The notes beneath the pieces are model-generated. The model did no database searches. It saw nothing but the letters and a program-made list of their open reading frames with translations, and had not been told where the DNA came from. From NCBI GenBank assembly GCA_034429215.1, contig DAOUGI010000126.1, positions 49,213 to 113,212 on the forward strand: a stretch of 64,000 nucleotides of DNA. The letters run 5' to 3'. The first letter of the stretch is position 1; each line of letters starts with the position of its first letter. Made by a program: the position numbers and the translations under genes. Positions 26,420-35,432 of this stretch are shown here, in pieces. This DNA is from Anaerolineae bacterium (GTDB lineage: Bacteria > Chloroflexota > Anaerolineae > JAAYZQ01).

Positions 26420-27394
26420 ATGAGCAAGAGAGCATTGATTACCGGGATTACCGGGCAAGACGGTTCGTACCTCGCCGAGATGCTGCTGGAAAAGGGGTAT
26501 GAGGTGATCGGCATGGTGCGCCGGTCGAGCACGGTGAACTTTGGGCGGATCGAGCATATCCAGGATCAGATCGTGCTGGTCCAGGGCGATCTGCTGGACC
26601 AGACGTCGCTGATCGACATCATGCGCGAATATCAGCCCGATGAGATCTATAACCTGGCAGCCCAGAGCTTTGTGCCGATCTCGTGGAAGCAGCCGGTGCT
26701 GACCGGCGAGTTCACGGCGTTGGGGGTAACGCGGATGCTGGAAGCGATGCGCGCTACAGTGCCCGGCGCCCGTTTTTACCAGGCATCGTCGAGTGAGATG
26801 TTTGGCAAGGTGCACGAGGTGCCACAAAACGAACGGACGCCCTTTTACCCGCGCAGTCCGTACGGGGTGGCCAAGGTGTACGGGCACTGGATCACAGTCA
26901 ATTACCGAGAGAGCTATGGCCTTTTCGCTTGCTCGGGCATTCTATTCAACCACGAGAGTCCGCGGCGAGGGCTAGAGTTCGTGACGCGCAAAGTATCCCA
27001 CGGGGCGGCTCAGATCAAGCTGGGGCTGGCCCACCAGTTGCAGCTGGGCAACCTGGAGGCGCGCCGCGACTGGGGCTTTGCCGGAGATTATGTCGAGGCA
27101 ATGTGGCGGATGCTGCAGCAAGAGTCGCCTGACGATTACGTGGTCGGCACAGGCGAGACGCGCTCGGTGCGCGAGCTGTGCCAGGTGGCGTTCGGCTACT
27201 TGGGCCTGGATTGGGAAAAGCACGTGGCGGTCGATCCAAAGCTGATCCGGCCGGCAGAGGTAGACCTGCTGGTCAGCGATCCGCGCAAGGCATGGGAAAA
27301 GCTGGGCTGGCAGCGGACTGTGTCGTTCGAAAGGTTGATCCAGATGATGGTGGATGCGGACCTTGCCCAGCTAAAAAAAGCACACCGAGGGTAG
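26420..27394 (+). CDS. gmd: GDP-mannose 4,6-dehydratase
   Basis: [65 protein letters not shown]. Confidence 0.92.
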   Translation: MSKRALITGITGQDGSYLAEMLLEKGYEVIGMVRRSSTVNFGRIEHIQDQIVLVQGDLLDQTSLIDIMREYQPDEIYNLAAQSFVPISWKQPVLTGEFTALGVTRMLEAMRATVPGARFYQASSSEMFGKVHEVPQNERTPFYPRSPYGVAKVYGHWITVNYRESYGLFACSGILFNHESPRRGLEFVTRKVSHGAAQIKLGLAHQLQLGNLEARRDWGFAGDYVEAMWRMLQQESPDDYVVGTGETRSVRELCQVAFGYLGLDWEKHVAVDPKLIRPAEVDLLVSDPRKAWEKLGWQRTVSFERLIQMMVDADLAQLKKAHRG

Positions 27395-27400
27395 ACAAGC

Positions 27401-28819
27401 ATGACAATAAAGTTTGGGACCGACGGCTGGCGCGGCCGGATCGCCGAAGATTATACGTTCGACAATGTGCGGCGCTGCACGCAGGGGTTTGCCGCCTATT
27501 TGATGAACCATGGCAAGCGTGGGGAGAAAGTAGTGGTCGGGCACGACCGGCGGTTTGGCTCGGAGCAGTTTGCCGCTGCCGCTGCCGAGGTACTGGCCGC
27601 CAATGGTTTCCTGGTGCGGCTGACGCCGAGGGCAACGCCGACGCCGGTTATTTCCTATTCGGTGCTGGTTCAACAGGCCGTCGGCGCGATCAATATCACC
27701 GCCAGCCATAACCCACCCCTGGACAACGGCTTCAAAGTGCGCGATGAGCACGGAGGGGCCATAGCTCCGGAAGGCCTGCTTGAGATCGAAGCGGGGATCC
27801 CCCCGGTGAAAAAGGTCAAGCGGCTGCCCCTGGAGCAAGCGCTGTCCCAGGGCCGCGTCGCCTATTGGGACCCTGACCCGGACTATTTGGCACAGCTGGC
27901 GCGGATGATCGACGTCCAGCCGATAAAAGATGCCGGGCTGACGGTGGTGGTAGATTGCATGTGGGGCAACGGGGCCGGCTGGTTTCCGCACATACTGGCC
28001 GGAGGCAAGACCAGAATCGTGGAGGTCCACTCTGAGCGAAACCCGCTGTTTCCGGGCATGAGCCGGCCCGAGCCAATCCCGCCCAATGTGGACGAAGGGT
28101 TGGCTATGGTCAAGAAGGTGGGCGCCAATGCGGCGATCATCAACGACGGCGACGCCGACCGGGTAGGGCTGGGCGACGAGCAGGGGCGGTTCATCAACCA
28201 ACTGCAAGTATATGCCCTGCTGGCCATGTACTTCCTGGAAGTGCGGGGCGAGCGAGGGCCGATCGTCAAGACCTTGTCCACCACGTCGATGCTGGAAAAG
28301 CTGGGCAAGCTGTACGGGGTGCCGGTATACCAGACCGGCGTTGGTTTCAAGTATGTGGCGCCCAAGATGATAGAGACGGACGCGCTGCTTGGCGGCGAGG
28401 AGAGCGGGGGTTATGCCTTCCGCGGCCACGTGCCAGAGCGGGACGGGATCCTGGCCGGGTTGTATATCCTGGACCTGATGGTCCGGCTCAACAAGACACC
28501 GTCACAGTTGATCGACCACCTGTATGCCCAGATTGGAGAGCACTATTACGACCGGGTGGACACCCGCTTTCCGCCAGAGCTGCGTGACGCGACCCGGCAG
28601 CGGATCCTGGACGCCAAGCCGGCGTCCATCGGCGGGCTGGCGGTCACCGGCCTGGACACGACCGACGGCTTTAAATTCGGGCTGGCCGACGGGGGATGGG
28701 TGCTGATCCGGTTCTCAGGGACAGAGCCGGTGCTGCGCGTGTACTGTGAGACGACAAGGCAGGATAGGGTGCGGCCGATCCTGGAGGATGGGCTCAAGAT
28801 TACGGGATTGAAACCGTAA
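27401..28819 (+). CDS. Phosphomannomutase/phosphoglucomutase (alpha-D-phosphohexomutase)
   Basis: Active-site loop [13 protein letters not shown], metal loop NDGDADR, sugar loop GGEESGG. Confidence 0.88.
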   Translation: MTIKFGTDGWRGRIAEDYTFDNVRRCTQGFAAYLMNHGKRGEKVVVGHDRRFGSEQFAAAAAEVLAANGFLVRLTPRATPTPVISYSVLVQQAVGAINITASHNPPLDNGFKVRDEHGGAIAPEGLLEIEAGIPPVKKVKRLPLEQALSQGRVAYWDPDPDYLAQLARMIDVQPIKDAGLTVVVDCMWGNGAGWFPHILAGGKTRIVEVHSERNPLFPGMSRPEPIPPNVDEGLAMVKKVGANAAIINDGDADRVGLGDEQGRFINQLQVYALLAMYFLEVRGERGPIVKTLSTTSMLEKLGKLYGVPVYQTGVGFKYVAPKMIETDALLGGEESGGYAFRGHVPERDGILAGLYILDLMVRLNKTPSQLIDHLYAQIGEHYYDRVDTRFPPELRDATRQRILDAKPASIGGLAVTGLDTTDGFKFGLADGGWVLIRFSGTEPVLRVYCETTRQDRVRPILEDGLKITGLKP

Positions 28820-29616
28820 TGTTGATCGACACACACGCCCATCTCGACTTGCCGCAGTTCGACGCCGATCGCACTGAGGTGGTCGAGCGAGCGCAGGCGG
28901 CAGGGGTGAGGATTATCGTCAACGCCGGCGCCGATTTGGAATCGAGCCGGCGGGCGGTGGCGTTGGCCGCGCAGTACCCGGAAGTGCATGCCAGCGTGGG
29001 GGTGCATCCGCACGACGCCAAGACGCTCGACGGAGAGGCGCTGGCGGCGCTGCGCGAGTTGGCCCGCCAGCCAAAGGTGGTGGCAGTCGGGGAGATCGGG
29101 CTCGATTTTTATCGCAACCTGTCGCCCCAGGATGTGCAACGGCGGGCATTTCAGGCGCAGCTGGCCTGGGCAGCCAGGCTGGGCAAGCCGGTGATCGTCC
29201 ACGATCGCGAGGCCCACGCCGAGGTGCTCAAAACGCTGACCAGTTGGGCAGCTGGCCTGATGAGGTCACCCCTGGCCGGGCGGGTGGGGGTGTTGCACTC
29301 CTTCTCGGGCGACCTGTTGATGGCCGAGCAAGCTATCGAATTGGGCTTTTACATCTCGATCTCGGGACCGGTGACCTACCAGAATGCGCGACGCCTGGCC
29401 GAAATCGTGCAGGCGCTGCCGCTCGAACGGCTGCTGATCGAGACCGACTGTCCGTATCTGACGCCACATCCGCACCGGGGCAAGCGGAACGAGCCGGCCT
29501 ACGTGCGGCTGGTCGCCGAGAAGGTGGCAGAGATCAAGGGCCTGACCCTCGACGAGGTAGCGGCGGCGACAACCGCCAATGCCAGGCGGTTGTTCGAGCT
29601 GGAAGCTGAAAGTTAG
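28819..29616 (+). CDS. tatD: TatD-family metal-dependent hydrolase
   Basis: [30 protein letters not shown]. The start overlaps the upstream stop (TAATG). Confidence 0.88.
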   Translation: MLIDTHAHLDLPQFDADRTEVVERAQAAGVRIIVNAGADLESSRRAVALAAQYPEVHASVGVHPHDAKTLDGEALAALRELARQPKVVAVGEIGLDFYRNLSPQDVQRRAFQAQLAWAARLGKPVIVHDREAHAEVLKTLTSWAAGLMRSPLAGRVGVLHSFSGDLLMAEQAIELGFYISISGPVTYQNARRLAEIVQALPLERLLIETDCPYLTPHPHRGKRNEPAYVRLVAEKVAEIKGLTLDEVAAATTANARRLFELEAES

Positions 29617-29660
29617 ATTAGAGGCTGAAAGTTAAAAGTTGGAAGCTGAAAATCCAACCG
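29598..29660 (+). repeat. Three phased direct repeats of GGAAGCTGAAA / GCTGAAAGTTA, about 20 bp apart
   Basis: GGAAGCTGAAAGTTA at 29601, GAGGCTGAAAGTTA at 29621 and GGAAGCTGAAAATCC at 29641. The tract is AT-rich and spans the tatD stop. Confidence 0.6.
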
Positions 29661-29667
29661 CTAACAT
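29639..29667 (+). promoter_or_regulatory. Candidate promoter TTGGAA-17-TAACAT for the polyprenyl synthase gene
   Basis: Counted directly. The -35 element lies inside the third repeat unit. Confidence 0.35.
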
Positions 29668-29702
29668 CGGCTCTCCGACACTCAAATAGATGAGGAAGTA
29701 GA

Positions 29703-30698
29703 TTGAAGACAATTCCGTTGTTGGAACCGCTGGCCGAAGAGTTGGAGCTGGTCGAGCTCAAGCTGCACGAGACGCCACAATCAGAACACCCGCAGTTGAC
29801 GGCGGTGTTGAACCACCTGTTAGGCAGCGGCGGCAAGCGGCTGCGCCCGGCGTTGGCCCTGCTGGCCGGCCGTTTCTACCCTGCCGAGCTGGACAAACTG
29901 GTCGCCCTGGCGGCGTCGACAGAGATGCTGCACACGGCGACCCTGGTCCACGACGATCTGATCGATGGAGCAGTGCTCCGCCGTGGCAATCCGACGCTGA
30001 ACGCGTCGTGGAGCTCGGGAACGACGGTGCTGGCCGGTGACTATTTCTTTGCCCGGGCCGCGGCGCTGAATGCCGAGACAGGCAACGTGCGGGTGGTGAC
30101 CATCTTTGCCAACACCCTGATGGCCATTTCCACCGGCGAGCTGCGCCAGATCTTGGACCGGCGCGACGTGCCGTCTATCGACAACAAGGAAACCTGGAAG
30201 ACAGCGCTGGGGCGCTATGACCAGCGGATCGAGGCCAAGACCGCATCGCTGTTTGCCGCGGCCACCGAGGCAGCAGCGGTGCTGAGCGGCGCACCCGAGC
30301 CGGAGGTCATCGCCCTGCGCGAGTATGGCCGGCTGCTGGGCATGGGCTTTCAGATCGTGGACGATGTGCTCGATTTCCAGGGCGACCAGGCTGAGCTGGG
30401 CAAGCCGGTGGCCGGCGACCTGCGGGAAGGGATCGTTACCCTGCCGGCGCTCTATTACCTGCATGACCATCCAGAGGACAGCCGGGTGGGGATGGTGGTG
30501 CGCGGCACCAACGTGAACGAGCGCATGGTCGGCGACGTGGTAGCGGCGATCCAGGAATCAGGGGCGATCAGCCAGGCGCTGGACCGGGCGGGGGAGTTTG
30601 TGACACGCAGCCAGGCTGCGCTGGCCGCCTTGCCCGACCGCCCGCCGCGGGACACCCTGTACGAGCTGGCGGAGTACAGTCTGTCGCGGCGCCGGTAG
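29703..30698 (+). CDS. Polyprenyl diphosphate synthase (trans-IPPS, hepta/octaprenyl type)
   Basis: First DDxxD context LVHDDLIDG and second context IVDDVLDF. TTG start as in the ORF track. Confidence 0.85.
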   Translation: MKTIPLLEPLAEELELVELKLHETPQSEHPQLTAVLNHLLGSGGKRLRPALALLAGRFYPAELDKLVALAASTEMLHTATLVHDDLIDGAVLRRGNPTLNASWSSGTTVLAGDYFFARAAALNAETGNVRVVTIFANTLMAISTGELRQILDRRDVPSIDNKETWKTALGRYDQRIEAKTASLFAAATEAAAVLSGAPEPEVIALREYGRLLGMGFQIVDDVLDFQGDQAELGKPVAGDLREGIVTLPALYYLHDHPEDSRVGMVVRGTNVNERMVGDVVAAIQESGAISQALDRAGEFVTRSQAALAALPDRPPRDTLYELAEYSLSRRR

Positions 30699-30709
30699 AC
30701 CATTCGCGG

Positions 30710-30764
30710 CGCTCAGGATGACAATCCTCCAAAAGAGGTCAACCTGAGCGAAGCGAAGCATCTC
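30710..30764. repeat. Dispersed repeat family A (core CCTGAGCGAAGCGAAGC), paired half-sites
   Basis: CGCTCAGGATGACAA (inverted half) ... GTCAACCTGAGCGAAGCGAAGCATCTC. A further degenerate core (CATGCTGAGCAAAGCGAAC) overlaps the GT2 start at 30776. Confidence 0.65.
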
Positions 30765-30775
30765 GGCAAAATGCC

Positions 30776-31765
30776 ATGCTGAGCAAAGCGAACGGGGACC
30801 CTATCGACCTGACGGTAGTCATTGTAAGCTGGAACGTCTGCGACCTGCTGCGGCGCTGCCTAAAGTCGGTTTTGGATTCAGATCCAGACCCAGTCGAGGC
30901 CCACACCTCCGGCCAACCCCAGGTAGAAATCATCGTTGTGGACAATGCGAGCAGCGACGGAAGCGCAGAGATGGTGCGCGCCGAGTTTCCGCAGGTGCGG
31001 CTGATCGCCAACGCCGAGAACCGAGGGTTCACGGCGGCCAACAACCAGGGCCTGGCAGCCGGCCGGGGCCGCTACCTGATGCTGCTGAACCCCGACACCG
31101 AGCTGGCCGGCGACGCGCTGGCGACGATGGCCGGCTACCTGGACGAGCATCCGCAGGTCGGGGTGCTGGGACCGCAGCTCCGCTACGGCGACGGCCGGCT
31201 GCAATCGTCGCGCCGGCGATTTCCGACGTTGGTCACCGCCCTGTTTGAGAGCACCGTTGTCGGCGAGTGGTGGCCCAACAACCCATTCGCCCGCCGCTAC
31301 CGGATGGCCGACACATCCGACGATGCGATTCAGCCGGTCGATTGGCTGGTGGGCGCCTGCCTGCTCGTCCGCCGCGAGGTCTACCGGCAGGTCGGCGGCC
31401 TGGACGAAGGCTTTTTCATGTATTCGGAGGAGGTAGATTGGTGCCGGCGGATCAGGTCGGCCGGGTGGGAGATCGTCTACCTGCCGGCGGCAGCGGTGAT
31501 CCACTACGAGGGCAAGAGCAGCGAGCAAGTTGTCGCAGCCCGGCATATCTATTTCCAGAGCAGCAAGGTACGCTATTTTCGCAAACACCACGGCGCGGCG
31601 CAGGCCGAGCTGCTGCGCCGGTTCCTGCTGTCCACCTACGTTTACCAGTGGGCGCGGGAAGGGCTCAAGTGGCTGATCGGTCTCAAGCGGCCGATGCGGG
31701 CCGAGCGGATGAAGGCCTATCGCCAGGTACTCCGCTCAGGCCTGCGCCCCCCCCAACGACGATGA
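30776..31765 (+). CDS. Family 2 glycosyltransferase
   Basis: VVIVSWN..., VVDNASSDGS, a DxD region, and a rhamnosyltransferase-like GT-A fold. Confidence 0.82.
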   Translation: MLSKANGDPIDLTVVIVSWNVCDLLRRCLKSVLDSDPDPVEAHTSGQPQVEIIVVDNASSDGSAEMVRAEFPQVRLIANAENRGFTAANNQGLAAGRGRYLMLLNPDTELAGDALATMAGYLDEHPQVGVLGPQLRYGDGRLQSSRRRFPTLVTALFESTVVGEWWPNNPFARRYRMADTSDDAIQPVDWLVGACLLVRREVYRQVGGLDEGFFMYSEEVDWCRRIRSAGWEIVYLPAAAVIHYEGKSSEQVVAARHIYFQSSKVRYFRKHHGAAQAELLRRFLLSTYVYQWAREGLKWLIGLKRPMRAERMKAYRQVLRSGLRPPQRR

Positions 31766-32937
31766 AAGTACTCTTTATCACCGGCGAGTTTCCGCCCATG
31801 CAGGGCGGGGTAGGCGATTACACCCGAGAGATCGGGCTGGCGATGCGCGACCTGGGCTGTGAAGTAGCGGTGGCCAGCTCAACACAGGCCGGGCAGGTCC
31901 CAGGGCTGACAGTCTACCCCATGATCAAGAGCTGGGGGTGGGGCAGTTGGGGCGCGCTGCTCGACCTGGTCCGCCGCGAGCGTCCCGATGTCGTCCACAT
32001 CCAGTATCAGGCAGCGGCCTATGGGCTGCACCCGGCGATCAACCTGTTCCCCCGGCGACTCCGCCGGCTGGGCAGCGAGCGGCCCGGCGTGGCGGTCACT
32101 TTCCACGATCTGCGGGTGCCCTACCTGTTCCCCAAGGCTGGCCGGCTGCGCCCGTGGATCGTGCATGAGCTGGCGCGCGGCTGCGACCTGGCGATCACCA
32201 CCAACCGCGACGACCACGAGGCGCTGCGGCAGGCGCTGCGTCCCGGCCGCCAGGTGCAGGCGCTGGTGCCGATCGGGTCGAACATCGCCCCACCACAGGC
32301 CTTGGCCTCATACGACCGCGACGCCTGGCGGGCCAGGTGGGGGGTCGGACCGGAGGATCTGCTGCTGTGCTTCTTTGGCTTTGTCAACGACCGCAAAGGG
32401 GTAGATACGCTGCTCCAGGCGCTCCGGTTTCTGGTCGTCGAGCCGGGCGAGGCCGCCAACCCGCACTTGCTGATGATCGGCGGGCAGACGGGAGCGAGCG
32501 ATCCGACCAACGTGGCCTATCTGGCCCGCATCCGGGCGCTGATCGACGAGCTGGGGTTGGGCGCGCGGGTACAGTGGACCGGCTACACACCCGCCGAGGA
32601 GGTGTCGGCCAACTTTTGGGCGGCGGATTTGTGCGTGCTGCCGTTTCGCGACGGGGTGTCGCTGCTGCATGGCACGCTTCACGCCGCGCTGGCCCACGGG
32701 ATGGCGATCGTGACGACACGGCCGCGGGCCGCGCTGCCGGAGCTAGTTGATGGGGAGAATATTGTCCTGGCGCCGCCGGGCGACCCGGCGGCTCTGGCGG
32801 CGGCGATCCGCCGGCTGGCGGCCGATGCAGCTCTGCGCCACAGGATCGGCGCGGGGGCCAGGGTACTGGCGGAGCAGTTTGGCTGGAGCCGGATCGCGGC
32901 CGATACGCTAGAGCTGTATCGCAAAATTAAGACCTGA
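31762..32937 (+). CDS. Family 4 (GT-B) glycosyltransferase
   Basis: MKVLFITGEFPPMQGGVGDYT. C-terminal EX7E-like region (...PFRDGVSLLHGTLHAALAHGMAIV). ATGA overlap with the GT2 stop. The long 556-aa ORF N-terminus is rejected. The stop codon lies inside the left IS inverted repeat. Confidence 0.8.
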   Translation: MKVLFITGEFPPMQGGVGDYTREIGLAMRDLGCEVAVASSTQAGQVPGLTVYPMIKSWGWGSWGALLDLVRRERPDVVHIQYQAAAYGLHPAINLFPRRLRRLGSERPGVAVTFHDLRVPYLFPKAGRLRPWIVHELARGCDLAITTNRDDHEALRQALRPGRQVQALVPIGSNIAPPQALASYDRDAWRARWGVGPEDLLLCFFGFVNDRKGVDTLLQALRFLVVEPGEAANPHLLMIGGQTGASDPTNVAYLARIRALIDELGLGARVQWTGYTPAEEVSANFWAADLCVLPFRDGVSLLHGTLHAALAHGMAIVTTRPRAALPELVDGENIVLAPPGDPAALAAAIRRLAADAALRHRIGAGARVLAEQFGWSRIAADTLELYRKIKT

Positions 32938-34425
32938 CACTCAATTTTTGCGCAAAATTCGGGGGGTAGCAATCCGAATCTGCTGAACCTTAACAACTGA
33001 GGTAGAATGGCACAACCGCGTTATGGAGGTGTGCCATGCCGACTATCATTCGTTTGGCGGACATGCCAGATGAGACGAGCTTCGCGCCTCTCGGAGTCCT
33101 GGGTTATTGCTTGACTCGTACTCAGTTTCTGGCCCCCGTATGGGCAGATCTGAAACTTCGGCTCAAAACAGTGGACTATACGCCACAAACCAAGCTCCTG
33201 GAACTGCTGGTCTGCATCCTGACGGGTTGCCGAGCTATCGCCCAGGTCAATACCCGGCTGCGGCCAGACGTCGCCCTGGCTCGGGCTTGGGGACAGGAGC
33301 AATTTGCCGAGCAATCAACCCTGACGCGGACTCTCGACGCCTTCACTGATACGGCAGTCACCCAGTTGCGGCACGGGGTGGACGCGTGGTTCCGTCAAGA
33401 GAGCCAAGCGTTGCGCCATGACTTTGCCGCCGATTGGCTGTGGCTCGATATCGACCTATCGCCCTTACCGATCTCCAAGCATGCCGAAGGCAGTACCAAG
33501 GGCAAGCAAGCCAAGAAGAACCGCTACGGCCGGCAACTGGCCCGCGTGCACGCCCCACAGTATCATGAGACGCTCTTCTCCCGGTTATATGCGGGCAGGC
33601 AAGAGAGCAGTCCGGCTTACATACCAACGGTGGATGCCCTGAACGCCTTTCTGAACCTGACTTTGGCCCAGAAGCAGCGTACCGTGCTACGCTCTGACGC
33701 TGGCTTTGGCAGTGACGCCAACGTCAATTATGCCCTCCATGCCGAGTGGCAGGTGTTGACCAAGACCAAGGGGGCAAACGTCCTCAGATCTTTGCCAACC
33801 AGGTAGCAGCTGAGGGCTGGGAACCGCTCAGGTATGACCGTTGGGTAGCACAAGCCGTCAAGCCACCTACCTATGAGCGTCCTACCGACTGTTTGGTGCT
33901 TCGCTGGCTGACTCCTCGTGGTGAGATCAAGCATGCCATTGTCGTCTGTTCCATTCCGGGCTGGACGATGGCCGATATTATCGCTCATTACGATGACCGC
34001 GGTGCGTGCGAGACCGAGATCCAGGCGGACAAAGGTGGTCTGAAGATGGAACGACGCCGCAAGAAACGTCTGGCAGCCCAGGAAGCGTTGATCCTGCTGA
34101 CGGATGTCGCCCACAACCTTCTGGCGTGGATTCCGCAATGGATGTTTCCAGGCGAGCCATTAGCCGCCTTCGGCACAACGCGGTTGGTAGAGGACGTCTT
34201 GCATCTACCCGGACGCCTGATCTTTCACGGTGAACGGTTGGCAGAAGTGCAACTCAACCAGTTGCACCCTTATGCCGAGCAGGTGGCGGCCGGCCTTCAG
34301 CGGCTCCTCGACCACTTCGGTAGCCCATGAGCCGTGATTCATGTTGGCTTCTACCTCTATTGGTAAAGTGCTACCTCGGGTGGGATTGCTCCCCCCCGAA
34401 TTTTGCGCAAAATTAGAGTGACAGG
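32933..34425 (+). mobile_element. IS4-family insertion sequence with ~43-bp imperfect terminal inverted repeats
   Basis: Left end CCTGACACTCAATTTTTGCGCAAAATTCGGGGGGTAGCAATCC (32933-32975). Reverse complement of the right end CCTGTCACTCTAATTTTGCGCAAAATTCGGGGGGGAGCAATCC (34383-34425). GC content is visibly lower than in the flanks. No clear target-site duplication. Confidence 0.8.
33036..34330 (+). pseudogene. IS4-family DDE transposase split into two frames
   Basis: ORFs 33036-33806 and 33746-34330 overlap in different frames. The shift maps near the G5 run in ACCAAGGGGGCAAAC (~33770). The second part carries the Y-x2-R-x3-E-x6-K signature (YDDRGACETEIQADK). Confidence 0.7.
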
Positions 34426-34439
34426 TTTGGCCAAACCTG
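34422..34439. terminator. Perfect 18-bp palindrome CAGGTTTGGCCAAACCTG abutting the right IS end
   Basis: Seen directly and followed by CCAGGTCTTTT. It lies between the GT4/IS block and the convergent lipoprotein gene. Confidence 0.45.
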
Positions 34440-34465
34440 CCAGGTCTTTTCGCACGCTTACAGCC

Positions 34466-35185
34466 CTACATCGGCGCTTCGATAGTTACCGGTGCGTTAA
34501 AGTTGGAGAACAGCATCAGCATCACCAAGTTGACGTTGGCCTCCATGTCCCCGGTTATCACAATATCCCCGCTGACGGTCGACTTGAGCATATAGCTGTT
34601 CTCCTTGTCGATCCAGTAGTCAGCCTTGAGGTTCACGTCGCCGCCGGCGCCCAACGACTCAGACAGGCCGAGAGGAGCATCCTTGACCATGCCGGTCAGG
34701 TGATAAGCCGGCCGGCCATCGACCGTCTCTTCACCAACCAAGGTTAGGTTCTCGACATCTTCCGGCTTGACCCCCGATATAGAGTTGGTATCGACCGGGA
34801 GGCCGGCTTCCGCGGCGGTGGTAGTCTGCCATTCGCCGGTGGTTGACTCGCTGATGTAGGTGGTGGGGCTGATGACGACCATGTCCGCTATGACACTCTG
34901 GCCCATCATGTCCATCGTCATCGTTCCCTTGAAGCGGTCAGGGTTCTGCATATCACCCTTCAAGGTCATGGGTATCTGCAACGTCATGCCCTGGGTGGTC
35001 ATGGTCATTTGCATGGTCATGTCGATGTGGACCGAATCCACCTCTTCCATGGCTGTGGATGCGGCTTGGAGGATGTCCGCAGCAGGAGGCGGCGTGGGCG
35101 TCGCCGTCGGCTCAGAGTCGCCACAGGCGACCACGAACAGGGCGAGCGCCACCAAAACGATCACGGGCAGCATGAACTTTTTCAT
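34466..35185 (-). CDS. Met-rich lipoprotein (LppX/LolA-like fold suspected)
   Basis: Lipobox signal MKKFMLPVIVLVALALFVVAC. Met-rich stretch DMTMQMTMTTQGMTLQIPMTLKGDMQ...GTMTMDMMGQ. The ATG is preceded by GAGGAG. GC content is lower than in neighbouring genes. Confidence 0.6.
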   Translation of the reverse strand: MKKFMLPVIVLVALALFVVACGDSEPTATPTPPPAADILQAASTAMEEVDSVHIDMTMQMTMTTQGMTLQIPMTLKGDMQNPDRFKGTMTMDMMGQSVIADMVVISPTTYISESTTGEWQTTTAAEAGLPVDTNSISGVKPEDVENLTLVGEETVDGRPAYHLTGMVKDAPLGLSESLGAGGDVNLKADYWIDKENSYMLKSTVSGDIVITGDMEANVNLVMLMLFSNFNAPVTIEAPM

Positions 35186-35432
35186 CTTCTTCTCCTCTGT
35201 TTTCGTCGTTTAACGGGGCGACGAAGCCCACATGGGATGGAACCGCTGTCCATCTGGCCGGCACAGGTGCAGGCAAGCAAGGGCCTCTCTGTGTAATGGG
35301 CACCTGATCTGGTCAGATTATAGACCAGAAGGGAAGGAATGTCAATCCGTTTTTCCCGGTTGGCCGGGCCTATTTGAAGGGTTGCTGCTTGTCGTTTTCG
35401 CCCAGGTGGGGTACAATGGGCGCGGAGGAATT

